In this document: positions 23,898-34,753 of the stretch, in pieces
Numbering within the stretch: position 1 is the first letter of the stretch
Layout: each line of letters begins with the position of its first letter
From: Diplonema japonicum
Lineage: Eukaryota; Protista; Euglenozoa: Diplonemea
Length of the DNA: 64,000 nucleotides
Assembly: GCA_964019335.1 (NCBI GenBank)
Contig: OZ025715.1
Span: forward strand, 124,001 to 188,000
Direction of reading: 5' to 3'
The notes under the pieces: model-generated
Databases searched by the model: none
Told to the model about the DNA's origin: nothing
What the model saw: the letters and a program-made list of their open reading frames with translations, nothing else
Program-made: the position numbers and the translations under genes

Positions 23898-25247
23898 ATG
23901 TCGGTCGCACGGACGGCAGTTGTGTTATCGATGCTAGGGGTGGCAGGGTGTGAGTTGCTTGGTGTTGTGGTGGTGGGCCGCCACGGCGACAGAGAGCTTC
24001 TCGTGAAGGACTTCTTCGAGGAGAAAACAGAGGGAACGCTAACGCAGAAAGGGTACGAAAGAATGAAGTGGGTCGGGGAGGTCCTCTCAGGCTACACCAC
24101 CCCCTTGAACTTCGACAATCTGTCTATCGAAGACCTCCACGAAAGGGTCCGCGTCAGGAGCTCGTACTACGACAGAACAGTGGCCACAGGCAATGCAGTC
24201 ATGGAGGGGATGTTCAAGGGAACAAGAAGGCCTGTTGTGTTCAGCCAACCTGACACCGACGATGCAAGCCTGAGATTTTACGGGAAATGCACCGCATTCC
24301 AAGCCCAGGTCCTATCACACCGGGTAAACTCCGTGTGGGGCGACAAAGAAAGATCGACAGAAGCCGAACGGACCACAGTCGCAGCCCACCTCAACACATC
24401 CTCAACAATGGACGACATATGGAACATGCATGATATGCTTCTGTTGATGAACCAGACCGGGCAAGACACGGCTTTTGTGAATGCGAACCTCCAGTTCACA
24501 ACAGACCTTTCTAACTGGATTGCCGATTATGATTATTCTGTAGCAAGTTACGTCCACACCGCCGGGTACCTCCTCCACCAGATCAACACCTTCATCCAAA
24601 CAGTTTCGGAAAAAAACCCCAAGCGGTTCGAGTACTGGTCGGGGCACTTCCCAACCATCAAATCCCTTGCTGTTTTGCTGGGGATACACCTTCCAGGGGT
24701 GCCTGGGTTCGGTTCCACGTTCATCATTGAAGTTGAGCGCAACACCGTTTCACGGGAGGTTTCGATTGTCATTAAGTACATGGATTTGGGGTCCGCGTGG
24801 ACGCAGGGTTCAAAGAAGGAAGTTCAAACACTGGAAACTGTTAAATACGAAGCGTTCAAGAAAGATATAAAGAACAAGGAGAAAACCCTTGAGGAGTGGT
24901 GTGCTATGTGTGTTGTGCCCCCGGAGGTGATACCGATGTGCGCGCACCATGTTCTGAACTGCAGCGACACGAAGGTGTTCGTCCCGTCCCCTGTGGAACC
25001 CGAGGAGGTAACAAAGTCCTCCGAAATCGCGATTGCAGTAGTTTTGGGCATCCTCATAGGTGTTATCTGCACCATGGCGACGCTTCGCTATACAAAAGCG
25101 AAACACAATATTGAGTCAGCTGCTCGAAGGGAAGCTTTGCGCGAGCAGTACCAAGCCGGTAGGGAAAACCCACCCCCTGCTGTTTCTGTTGAAGGCAACG
25201 TGAACCCCCTTGAACATATTGAACCACAGGTTCAGGAAAACGTGTAA
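23898..25247 (+). CDS. histidine acid phosphatase-like type I membrane protein
   Basis: RHGDR, GTLTQKG and RSSYYDRT motifs; signal peptide; C-terminal TM helix. Confidence 0.85.
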   Translation: MSVARTAVVLSMLGVAGCELLGVVVVGRHGDRELLVKDFFEEKTEGTLTQKGYERMKWVGEVLSGYTTPLNFDNLSIEDLHERVRVRSSYYDRTVATGNAVMEGMFKGTRRPVVFSQPDTDDASLRFYGKCTAFQAQVLSHRVNSVWGDKERSTEAERTTVAAHLNTSSTMDDIWNMHDMLLLMNQTGQDTAFVNANLQFTTDLSNWIADYDYSVASYVHTAGYLLHQINTFIQTVSEKNPKRFEYWSGHFPTIKSLAVLLGIHLPGVPGFGSTFIIEVERNTVSREVSIVIKYMDLGSAWTQGSKKEVQTLETVKYEAFKKDIKNKEKTLEEWCAMCVVPPEVIPMCAHHVLNCSDTKVFVPSPVEPEEVTKSSEIAIAVVLGILIGVICTMATLRYTKAKHNIESAARREALREQYQAGRENPPPAVSVEGNVNPLEHIEPQVQENV

Positions 25248-26491
25248 AAAAAAAAAAAAGAGAAAAAAAAAAAAAAGAAAAAAACTAACTTCCGTTCTTC
25301 ATTTCCCGAACAGGTGATAGATGTCATGAGAGGAAAAAAAAAAAAAGAAAAAGAAAGTGAAACAAGAGAGGAGAACCGGTGAATGGGGTGGGGGGGGGGG
25401 CAAAAAGGTTCTTGTATACTCCCATCACAGTGAATTCTCACCCCTCCTCCCCATATTTTTCACCTTACTTGCAGTTGGTGTATTCAATGGTACAAAGTAA
25501 AAAAAAAAATTTTTTTTTTTGCCCTCCCTCCCTTATGCGCTCAACTGTTTCTGTAGAAGCCGATGATGATTATCTAAGTCAAAGTCTTGAGTTGGTTTTT
25601 AGGTTGAAGCCACTTACTTGTGGGCCATTGGCTCCCTATCGATCGAGAAAAACCTCAAGACTTTACCATGTTCGACTCATTGTGGAAACCCAAAAAATCA
25701 ATTACCCCCTCCCTGAGCGCATAAGGATTAACTTTATTTCAAAAAAAAAAAAAAAAAAAAGAAGAAAGGAAGAAAGAGGGGAGAGGGAGAGAAATGGGAT
25801 TTTTCCGGTTTTTTTTTTATTCCGTTTTTTTTTTTTTTTTTTTTTTTTCATCTTTCTTGCCTCTCCCCCACCCTGGCATTCTCTCATTTTTTTTTTTTTT
25901 CCGTTGTCAATTTCTTAACTCGTATCTCTGAAGCCTTCCAAAGGTACGAAAACCTACATCGACGTACTCCCACACCTGGACATTATGCAAAGGTCGTTTA
26001 GGGACGTTGCAATTTTTCTTTTGGAAAATCCTCGGGACGAAAGGGCTCCCCTTAAAGTTTTTCTCCTGAAAGGCCTCAGAAATCTTGCGGAAAACCCTCA
26101 AGTCGTAGTTGCATTCTGTATTTGTTTGTTTTTTTCTTTTTTTTTTTTTTTTTTTTCGCTCGTAGTTGAATGCCCATTTAAAAAAAAAAGAAAACAAAAA
26201 GAACAAGGAAATGAGGAGAAACAAAAAAAAAAAGAGAAGAAGAAAAACCTTTCAACATTAAAAAAAAAAAAAAAAAAGAAGCTACCCCACCTCCCCTTTC
26301 TTCTTCGCTTTCATTCTTTCTTTCTCCAAGAAACGAAGAAAGAAGGAAGGAAAGAAATGGGGAAATTAAAAAAAAAAAAAAAAAAAAAAAGGGCGGCCTT
26401 ACCATTCCCCCCATCCCCACCTTTTCATTTTTTTTTTTTCATTTTTTTTCCATCAACACCCCTCTACTTAAAAAAAAAGGGGAGAAAAAAA

Positions 26492-27646
26492 ATGGAAATA
26501 ACATATGGTGTCCAGTCCTACGCATGGGGGAAGGTAGGAAAGGAGAGCGTTGTCGGGCTGTTGAAAGAAGGAGGCGACAAAAATTTTACAACCGACGAAA
26601 AGGAGAGGTACGCTGAAATGTGGATCGGGACGCATCAGAAATGTATGAGCAAAATCGGGGAGAAGGATCTGGTAGAAGTGGCGGGAGAAGTACCGTACCT
26701 GTTAAAAGTACTCTCGATAGATAAGGCGTTAAGCATCCAAGCACACCCGACGAAGGAACACGCGGAGATCCTGCACAAGAAAGACCCGAAGAACTACCCT
26801 GACGACAATCATAAACCAGAGCTTCTTGTCGCGTTGACGGAAACTTTTGCGCTGGTTTGCTTCAGAAAACCGGAAGAAATCGAGAAGCTGTCGAAAACCC
26901 ATGAAACCCTCTCCAAGCTCAACCCTGCCAATGGGTTAAAATCCTTAATGGCAAACCTCTTGTCACCTGAATTCTCAGAAGTGTGCGAGAACCACGAGAA
27001 ACATCTCAAATCCCTCGAAGACGGGAAAATTTCCGACGAGGATACATGGTTCTTAAAGCTCGCAGCGCAGTTTCCCAATGACACCGGTGCGTTGATGGTG
27101 TACGTTTTGAACCTAATCCACATGCAGCCAGGGCAAGGTGTCTTTTTAAAACCCAATGAACCGCACGCGTACCTCTTTGGGAATGGTGTTGAAATAATGG
27201 CGAAATCTGATAACGTAGTTCGAGCAGGGCTCACACCAAAGTTCAAAGATGCAGACACTTTGCTTGAAATGCTGACTTATGACACAGGCGCTGTTGAAGA
27301 ACTGATGTTTGGGTATGATTCCGGGTCCTCTGTGGTTTCCTACACACCCCCTGCGTCCGTTCCAGAGTTTCAGCTCACCATGTACAAATTTGGTGGGGAT
27401 TTTGGTTCGTCTCATACTGTTTCAACGCCGTCCACTCCGGGGGGTGCTGTTCTTCTTGTTGTAAAGGGTGCTGTTTCATTGGGTGGGGTGGTGTACCCTG
27501 CTGGGTCTGCGGTTGCCTTCCCCACCGTCGCTGAGATCGTGTTGGAAAACTGCCCAACAGCCGAGAAGAGGAACTCCGTCAGCAGTATGGTCGACATTAG
27601 TGGAGAGAGTGTTGCTTTCCTTGCTGCTGCGAATCAGAAGAAATAG
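26492..27646 (+). CDS. MPI: mannose-6-phosphate isomerase (PMI type I)
   Basis: QSYAWGK, YAEMWIGTH, LSIQAHP, YPDDNHKPE, EPHAYL, SDNVVRAGLTPK. Confidence 0.95.
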   Translation: MEITYGVQSYAWGKVGKESVVGLLKEGGDKNFTTDEKERYAEMWIGTHQKCMSKIGEKDLVEVAGEVPYLLKVLSIDKALSIQAHPTKEHAEILHKKDPKNYPDDNHKPELLVALTETFALVCFRKPEEIEKLSKTHETLSKLNPANGLKSLMANLLSPEFSEVCENHEKHLKSLEDGKISDEDTWFLKLAAQFPNDTGALMVYVLNLIHMQPGQGVFLKPNEPHAYLFGNGVEIMAKSDNVVRAGLTPKFKDADTLLEMLTYDTGAVEELMFGYDSGSSVVSYTPPASVPEFQLTMYKFGGDFGSSHTVSTPSTPGGAVLLVVKGAVSLGGVVYPAGSAVAFPTVAEIVLENCPTAEKRNSVSSMVDISGESVAFLAAANQKK

Positions 27647-28217
27647 AAATAAAATAAAAAATAAAAATTTGAAGCTTTTTATTTGGAATTTCTCTTCAAG
27701 TCCCCCCCTACAGATTTTGCCACACTGATTGCCTCACTGATTTCCTTTTTTTTTTTTTTTTTCCTTGCCGATTGCCATGGGTTCTTCGGCTTCTGATCCC
27801 CCCCTCCCACGGGGGTTGGAGAAGAGTGAAAAGAAGAAAAGGATCTATGTGAAGGTCGGCGAACAATTTACTTTTTTTTTTTTTTTTTTTTGAATTCCCC
27901 CCTCTCTCACCTCTTTCGTACGGTATTTTTTTTTTTTTCTTGTTACAAAATTATTTAAATTTTCGGGGGGGGGGGGGGGAATGATTTCATAACTATATGC
28001 AACTTGTGCCGGGCTTTCGCAGCTTTTTTTCTTTTTTCTTTTTTTTTTTTTACTCGTGCGAACAACACAGACATATAGTCATAAAGAATCATTTTTCTTT
28101 AATGGGGTATCTTTGGCTCTTTTTTTTTTTTCTCTCTCCCCCTCCTTCTTTTTTTTCCCTTATTGATTTTCCCTTTCCTTGTCCATCAAAAAAAAAAAGG
28201 CAAAAAAAAAAAGAAAA

Positions 28218-28899
28218 ATGCGCAGAACCCTCCAGAGGAACGTTAAAAAAGCCTTCACCGCGATACCGAAGATAATCCACGTGGAGCCCGTGCCCCAGAT
28301 AGGGAGAGGGTGTCCTACCACTGAGCCGACAGTGCTTCAAGACTCCGTTTTCGGGCAGCCAATGGAAGTGCTTCCTGAGATCGAACTTCAAAAACCCGCG
28401 AGAAAGCGGAACACTATTACGTACAGCAATCGGGTAGAGGGCCAAGTCACGTTGGTGGAAAAGATGACGGAGGTTAGTGTATCCCTCATTTCGGGGCCTG
28501 CCGAAAAATTTAGAGTAACGCTCTCACCTTGCGGGGAAAGCGAAGATTTGTCATGCTATCACACGGTGGTACAGGCGGACTGGAAGTCCGCATCAGACCC
28601 AGAAAGAACACGATCTTTACTCACTCTCAGAGAGGGTGACTATCTCATAGCCACTGTTAACCAACACCACCAAATTGTTGATTTCGCACTCCAAGAGGAT
28701 GATTCGACCTTCAAGCAAAAAATTGTCGACGAAACACGCATAGCAGTTATCAATGCTCTTGTCGATTCCAGCATAGGGGTCAATCTCAAAGTCACGGAGA
28801 GAGCAACAGCATTGAAATGGTCCGTGAAGTTTATATTAGTATGTAGAGGGAAAGGGAGGGGGAGAAAAAAAAATTTTTTTTTAAAAACAGGGAGCGTAA
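28218..28899 (+). CDS. hypothetical protein; probable intron 28839-28890
   Basis: Coding-like ORF from the ATG after poly(A); GTATGT...ACAG near the 3' end. Confidence 0.55.
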
Positions 28900-29147
28900 A
28901 GAGAGGGAAGAAAAAAAAAAAAAAAAAGGAAGGGAATATAGTTATTGAAAAATAGGGAAGGGGGGGGGGGGGGGTGAACTCCTTCTTCCCACTCACGTCA
29001 CTTTAGATTTTTTTTTTATTATTTCATAGACTCAATTTTTTTTTTTTCTTGACCTTTTTTTTTTTTTTTTTTTATTATTTTATTTGTTGTGTATGTGTAA
29101 ACTCACCTTTGCTGTGTGTTTGAGGGGGCTGTGGATTGATGGGGAGG

Positions 29148-29182
<35 letters not shown>

Positions 29183-29774
29183 AAAAAAAGTTTCGAGAGA
29201 AAGAGAAAAAAGAAAAAGAAGAGAAAGGGGGAAAAGATATTTTTTTTTTTTTGAAAAAAATAATATTTCCTCATAAAACATCTCTAGGTGTGGAAGGGGT
29301 GGTGGTGGACCCTTCGGTTTTATCTATTGACTATTTCTATGCCCAAACATTAAACGAGAACTTAAAGAGTAATAGGCTTTTGATAGAATACCTTTTTTCT
29401 TTCCTTCTGGCGAACACAAGAACACACATCTTAAAAGAATAATATTTTTTTTTCTCCTTTTTTTTCCCCTCTTTTTTTTCCTTGGGATAACACGAACAAC
29501 CCAATTTGCCAAAAGGGCGAGAACGAGAAGAGAAGAAGAAAAAAAAAAAAGAGAAAAAAAAAAGGAAATACAGTTTGTGTGCGCCTTTCCTTTTTTTTTC
29601 TTTTTTTTTCCTTCTTCTTTCTTTTTTTTTTTCCTCCCCCCATTTTTTTTTTTCTTTCTTCTTCACTTTCTTACATCCACCTCCACTTTTTTTTTTCCTA
29701 CTTCCACTCTCTTTTTATATTTTTTTTTTTTATTATTATTAGATTTCTTCAAACGGGGTAAGTGATCTTAGCCT

Positions 29775-29807
<33 letters not shown>

Positions 29808-29853
29808 CCAAATTATCCCCCCGTTTTGTTAACAAAAAAAAAAAGGAGGGGGA

Positions 29854-29893
<40 letters not shown>

Positions 29894-29894
29894 A

Positions 29895-31082
29895 ATGTTA
29901 TCCAAGCTTGTTGTAATGGCAGCATTTTGCGGCGTTGCATTAAGCAAAGACCTTGCCCCCACACCTCCCATGGGCTGGATGAGCTGGGAGATCTTCAGAT
30001 GCCAAATAGACTGTGTTAACCACAACGATTCCTGTATAAACGAGTACCTGTACAAAACCATGACAGACGAACTCGTTTCGGGAGGCTACCTCGCAGCAGG
30101 TTACAACGGAATCCACTTGGATGACTGCTGGATGAGAAAAAACCCCCCAAGAGACAACGAGGGCAGACTATTCCCTGACCCGCAAAGATTCCCCTCAGGC
30201 TTCAAGGCCCTCGGCGACTACATGCACAACAAAGGTGTAAAATTCGCAATCTACACCGCAGAATCTAAAGACACCTGTGCTGGGTACCCCGCGTCCAAGG
30301 GACATGAAAGGACAGACGCCGACACCTTTGCCTCGTGGGGTGTTGACTACGTTAAAGTAGATGGATGTGGTGATGCTGGGTACTACCCAACAGGGTACCC
30401 TTTAATGGGGGATTCGCTTGTAAACAGTTCAAGAGATATTGTTTATTCCTGTTCATGGCCGGCGTATCTCGGCAGCAACGAAGCGACCAAGCCGTACGGG
30501 AAAATGATCGCAGCGCACTGCAACCTTTGGAGGAACTGGGCAGACATCCAGTGCAACTGGAACTCCCTGCACAGCATCATCGACCACTGGGGTCAGTACG
30601 GTGAGGTTCTTAAAAAATACGCTGCGCCTGGGCATTGGAACGATCCCGACATGCTGCTGATCGGGAACACTTGCATCACAAACGAAGAGGCGAAGACACA
30701 GATGGCTCTGTGGTCGATTTCCGCTGCGCCTTTAATCATGGGTAACGACCTTAGAACGGTCCCCCCTGCGCACAGAGAGATCCTTCTCAACGCTGAGGCC
30801 ATTGCTGTCGATCAAGACCCGCTTGGGATTATGGGTACACGGGTCACTGCTACATCTACTGGAGAGGTTTGGGCAAGGCAGGTGTCTGGTGGTTGGGCCG
30901 TGGGTCTTTTCAACCCCTCTGCGGTGGCCTCCAAGGTCACCGTGAACTTCGCGTCTCTTAAGATCACCACGCCGATGAAGGTCCGCGACATCTGGAACCA
31001 CACCGACCTCGGGACATTCTCCTCCGCCTACAGCACCGTCGTTCCCACGCACGGAACCGCTTTTATTAAGCTCACTGCGTGA
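29895..31082 (+). CDS. GH27 alpha-galactosidase / alpha-N-acetylgalactosaminidase
   Basis: LAPTPPMGWMSWE, LDDCW, WGVDYVKVDGC, CNLWRNWADI, GHWNDPDML; signal peptide. Confidence 0.95.
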   Translation: MLSKLVVMAAFCGVALSKDLAPTPPMGWMSWEIFRCQIDCVNHNDSCINEYLYKTMTDELVSGGYLAAGYNGIHLDDCWMRKNPPRDNEGRLFPDPQRFPSGFKALGDYMHNKGVKFAIYTAESKDTCAGYPASKGHERTDADTFASWGVDYVKVDGCGDAGYYPTGYPLMGDSLVNSSRDIVYSCSWPAYLGSNEATKPYGKMIAAHCNLWRNWADIQCNWNSLHSIIDHWGQYGEVLKKYAAPGHWNDPDMLLIGNTCITNEEAKTQMALWSISAAPLIMGNDLRTVPPAHREILLNAEAIAVDQDPLGIMGTRVTATSTGEVWARQVSGGWAVGLFNPSAVASKVTVNFASLKITTPMKVRDIWNHTDLGTFSSAYSTVVPTHGTAFIKLTA

Positions 31083-31427
31083 GGAGGGGGGGGGGGGGGG
31101 GGGGAAATTATCGAAAACGTTTTATCTAACCCCCTCCTCCACACTTTTTCCTACTATGTTCAATGCATATTAGCGATTCCCCCCTACCTTTCTCTCTCTC
31201 CTTTTTTTTTTTTTTTTTCTTTTTTTTTTTCTGGAGTTTCGTACTGGCACGACGAACGAAACAAAGGGAGGGGAAAGGGTTAGGAGGGAGGTAAGAACCT
31301 TGGCAAATATTAAAAAAAAAAAAAAAAAAAAAAATTAAAAAAGCTTATTCTGGTCAGAGAACAAAAAAGAGGGGGTTGATAATACACCGCTACGCGTCCG
31401 TTTTTTTTTTTTTTTTTTTTTTCCTGT

Positions 31428-33637
31428 ACTTTATTGGTGTCCGACCGTGCCAATAAAGTCAATAGGTAATACGGTTTGAAAAGAGGAAAAAAATAGAAGA
31501 AGAGTAAAAGACGACTCGTGGAAGGAGGCGACTTGGACGGCTTCTGTGCACACAGCCGAGAAGGATCCATCGCAGACAGCCTGTGCATCCAGGCCGCCGC
31601 AAGAGCACTGAAAGCCAACATTCATGTTGCAGTGCTTGCAGAGGGATCCTTAGTGGTACAGATCGCTCAAGGCGGGAAAAAGAAGGTGCACATAGGGCAC
31701 GACGGACAGGGAAGGTTCTGCTTTGTCGCTGAGCCCTTCGAAAAGGGGGTGCTGAAGACCGCTCAACAGAAGTTTGAGCTGGTGAAGGTGGGGATGCCAA
31801 CAACTGACGGAGAACGCAAATCCTGGCGCACCCCCAACAACAAGAAGAGAACGGCCCCAGCGAAGGAGGACGCCAAGAAAGTGTGGAAGCTAGAAAAGGA
31901 CCAGTTTCAAGTCCCCTTCATCGAGATGGAGGACATGGCGAAGGGAGTGGACGGCGTGGTGCTACTGTCTGAGGAGAGCTTGTTGAAGGTGCAGGCAATG
32001 AAATGGTCAGGGATCAAGGGGGTGCTCACGAAGCAAGGGGGGGACGGAAGGCTGGAAGTCGACATCGTCGTCAAGACGGCAACCGAGTACAGCAACAAGA
32101 CGATGTTCCTGACGGCGCTGAGCGGGAGAGTCGAGCTGGTTGCACCTGCAGGCACGGTGGACATAGACCTGGGGAAGATGTTCGTCAGAGCAGCAGTTGT
32201 GGTCGCGAAAGAGCACGCCTCGCCAGAACTCTGGGAACGAATGGTGAACGGACCGCACGGCCAGCTGAGGAAGATGGGCTGCCGGGGCGTCCTGAGGGTA
32301 GACAAGCACCTCAGCGGGGTACAACGAGTCAACGGAAGGAAAGGCTGGCGGGGATGCTGAAGGACTCAGGGAAGGACGGGGTCTTCCTCAAACTGAAAGA
32401 CGGGAAGCTCGGGCCGGTTGCGTGGCTTCCGAAGGACACAACGCTGGACGTAGCGTTAACGCAGGCAGAGGCGGAGGGTCTGGCGATGCGGGACGGTGAC
32501 GGCCGCATCGCGATACGGACGACGGAAGAACGAAAGATCGCCATCCTCAAGGCGATGGGAGAGGATGCGAGGCTGGAGGGCCAACACGGGGAGCCGACGT
32601 GGAAGCTCACCGGGCTCTACTCGGATTGCAGCGAACAGCACGTGAGAGGATCACCGCAAAGATGGGATGGAAGGGAGTACCGGTCAGAGGCGGATGGAGC
32701 AACGGGACACGGTGCTGGTACATCAGAGGAACGAAACCTCCGACCGACAAGGTGAGGATCACGACCCCGACAGGGAAGATCCTAAACTGCTGAATCACGT
32801 CGGATACGTCGCCCAGACCGATGGCCACCTTAAAGTCACACCCAGGGCAGACATGGAGCAGAAAACAGTCCTCGCCAGCTGGGGCCAAGTCCTATCTGAA
32901 CGCGGCAGCAGGGGTTGCTAAGACTAGTCCACCCCTAGCTCTAAGACTCAGACAACGAAGGGTTCGCCAGACACAAAGGGGAAGGTGCAGAAGAACACGT
33001 CGATGGAAGACCGTCTAGGTGCGATCGAAAAAGCGATTCAGAAGCTCACAAGTGGAGGATTTTGGAGGAGAACCGCCGTGGGAACGGAAAGTGGTGGGAG
33101 TAAAGCACTTGACGCCGACGTTGGAGCAGCTCGGGACGACAGTGGGATACTGCGGATGTACGCGGAGTCGCTGTTGAAATGGATGTCGGAGCTAAGATGG
33201 GTTAAAGAAGACACGACGTCGGAGGTGACGGCGGTGGAGTTAGCCCTAGACTTCGAAGCGACGACACGAAGATCGCTGGGAATGACGCAGGAGGAAAAGG
33301 CGCCAAGGATCAAGAAACTGATCCAAAAGGTGAAAGACAGGTGCGCATTACAAGGAAAGAAAAAGCCTTTCCCGGCGAAGAACAAAACGAGAGTGAAGTC
33401 CCTCATGGCAATAGGAGGGAAGGCGGCGATAGGCTTTGCAAGGAGACCGATCTTCCCTCACGAGAAACCCAGGACAGGCTAAAAGAGCTGAAGACCAACC
33501 TGAAGAAGGACCGCATCAACCGTCTGCAAAAGACACTGGTATCCGCCATCGGAACGAAAGCGAGGCTCCAAAAAGGAAGCATCAAGAGATAGACTCCCAC
33601 CCCTAAGGGTGGTCCGTGGGATTTGCCCTTGAACATC

Positions 33638-33640
<3 letters not shown>
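31428..33640 (+). mobile_element. internally deleted, probably non-LTR-derived insertion with OTU-like N-terminal remnant; flanked by a T(n)CCTGT duplication
   Basis: GC/purine-rich broken ORFs unlike host genes; IADSLCIQAAARAL...VHIGHDGQGRF resembles an OTU C-terminal half; flanks T22-cctgt (31401-31427) and T28-cctgt (33641-33673); no RT seen. Confidence 0.55.
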
Positions 33641-33668
<28 letters not shown>

Positions 33669-34090
33669 CCTGTTTTTTTTCCAACGTTGTTTTTTTTTTT
33701 TTTTTTATATGGTGGGCCTTCATTTCCTATCATCGTGATTTTTTTTTCTTTTTTAAACACCGCATAGTGTCCCTGCTTTTTTTTCCACCCCAACAAACAT
33801 TGTTGTTGATAGTGTCAAAAAAAAAAAAAAAAACGCGATACCTATGTCCCTTTTTTTTTTTCTCTTTTTTTAAAAAAAAAAAGAATCGATAACACCTTCA
33901 ATTTTTTTTTCTCTCTCTGTCCATTTTATTTCTTTTTTTTTTGTGGTCTTTCTTTCGCTTCTTTCTCTTCCTCTCTTTCTTCCCCCCCCCCCCCTACGAA
34001 CCTTGATAATGTCCAAAACAAAAAACACCCTCAGCAATGCACACGTCTCGTTTTTCTTTCCTCCTTTCTTGAAAAAAAAAAAAAAAAAAA

Positions 34091-34654
34091 ATGCTGACCG
34101 CGAGAACTCGGGTGCGTCTGAGTAACAAAAGCGGCATGATTATGCATGAGCACCCTTCTGGGAAGGTCACTGTGTTGTTAGATGAAGGCGGGAGAGTCAA
34201 AGTGGAAAGAGAAGTTTTAGAAACGGAAGAAAAAGTCGTTTTGGGAGAATTTCAAAATACTATAGTGAGTGTAGCGGAGAAGTCCATAGATACGCCTAAG
34301 CTCAAAGAGGAAGAAGTTCACTATCAAGTACTTCCGAGCGCAGACAATGTAAATGTAAGCCACTTACAGAAGCTTGAAGAAAAAGTCCAATCTCTTCAGA
34401 AGGTGATGACTACACCACCACCGAAGGCCAGAATATCCCCCGCCGCACCCGTCCCGAAGGTCGCCCCGGTGTTCACCCCGCCGCGGCCGAGACGGAACTT
34501 CAATTCAAATATCCAGAAGCTTCATGAGATGGGCGAAGCACTGAACAACCTTAAGCAGCCGATCTGTTCATCCAACCCCGAAATGGGTTGGGATATAAGC
34601 TCAGATGAAACATCATTGCCTGAGATGCCAATGGTTCCTCACGATGAGTGGTGA
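34091..34654 (+). CDS. hypothetical protein
   Basis: 187-aa ORF after a poly(A) leader. Confidence 0.6.
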   Translation: MLTARTRVRLSNKSGMIMHEHPSGKVTVLLDEGGRVKVEREVLETEEKVVLGEFQNTIVSVAEKSIDTPKLKEEEVHYQVLPSADNVNVSHLQKLEEKVQSLQKVMTTPPPKARISPAAPVPKVAPVFTPPRPRRNFNSNIQKLHEMGEALNNLKQPICSSNPEMGWDISSDETSLPEMPMVPHDEW

Positions 34655-34662
34655 GTTGTAGA

Positions 34663-34706
<44 letters not shown>

Positions 34707-34753
34707 CTCTCATTGTCATGACACTATTCAGAGCCCCTCCTAAGCCATGAACA

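Noticed and set aside
25534-26130. Possible small multi-exon gene between the phosphatase and MPI
   Set aside because: Two coding-like patches, but no convincing splice path or recognisable motif.
25985-26491. Long poly-K/poly-F N-terminal extension of MPI, and similar extensions or ORFs at 5272, 6969, 20453 and 29075-29890
   Set aside because: Homopolymer spacers lack stop codons by composition; real starts follow the A-tract.
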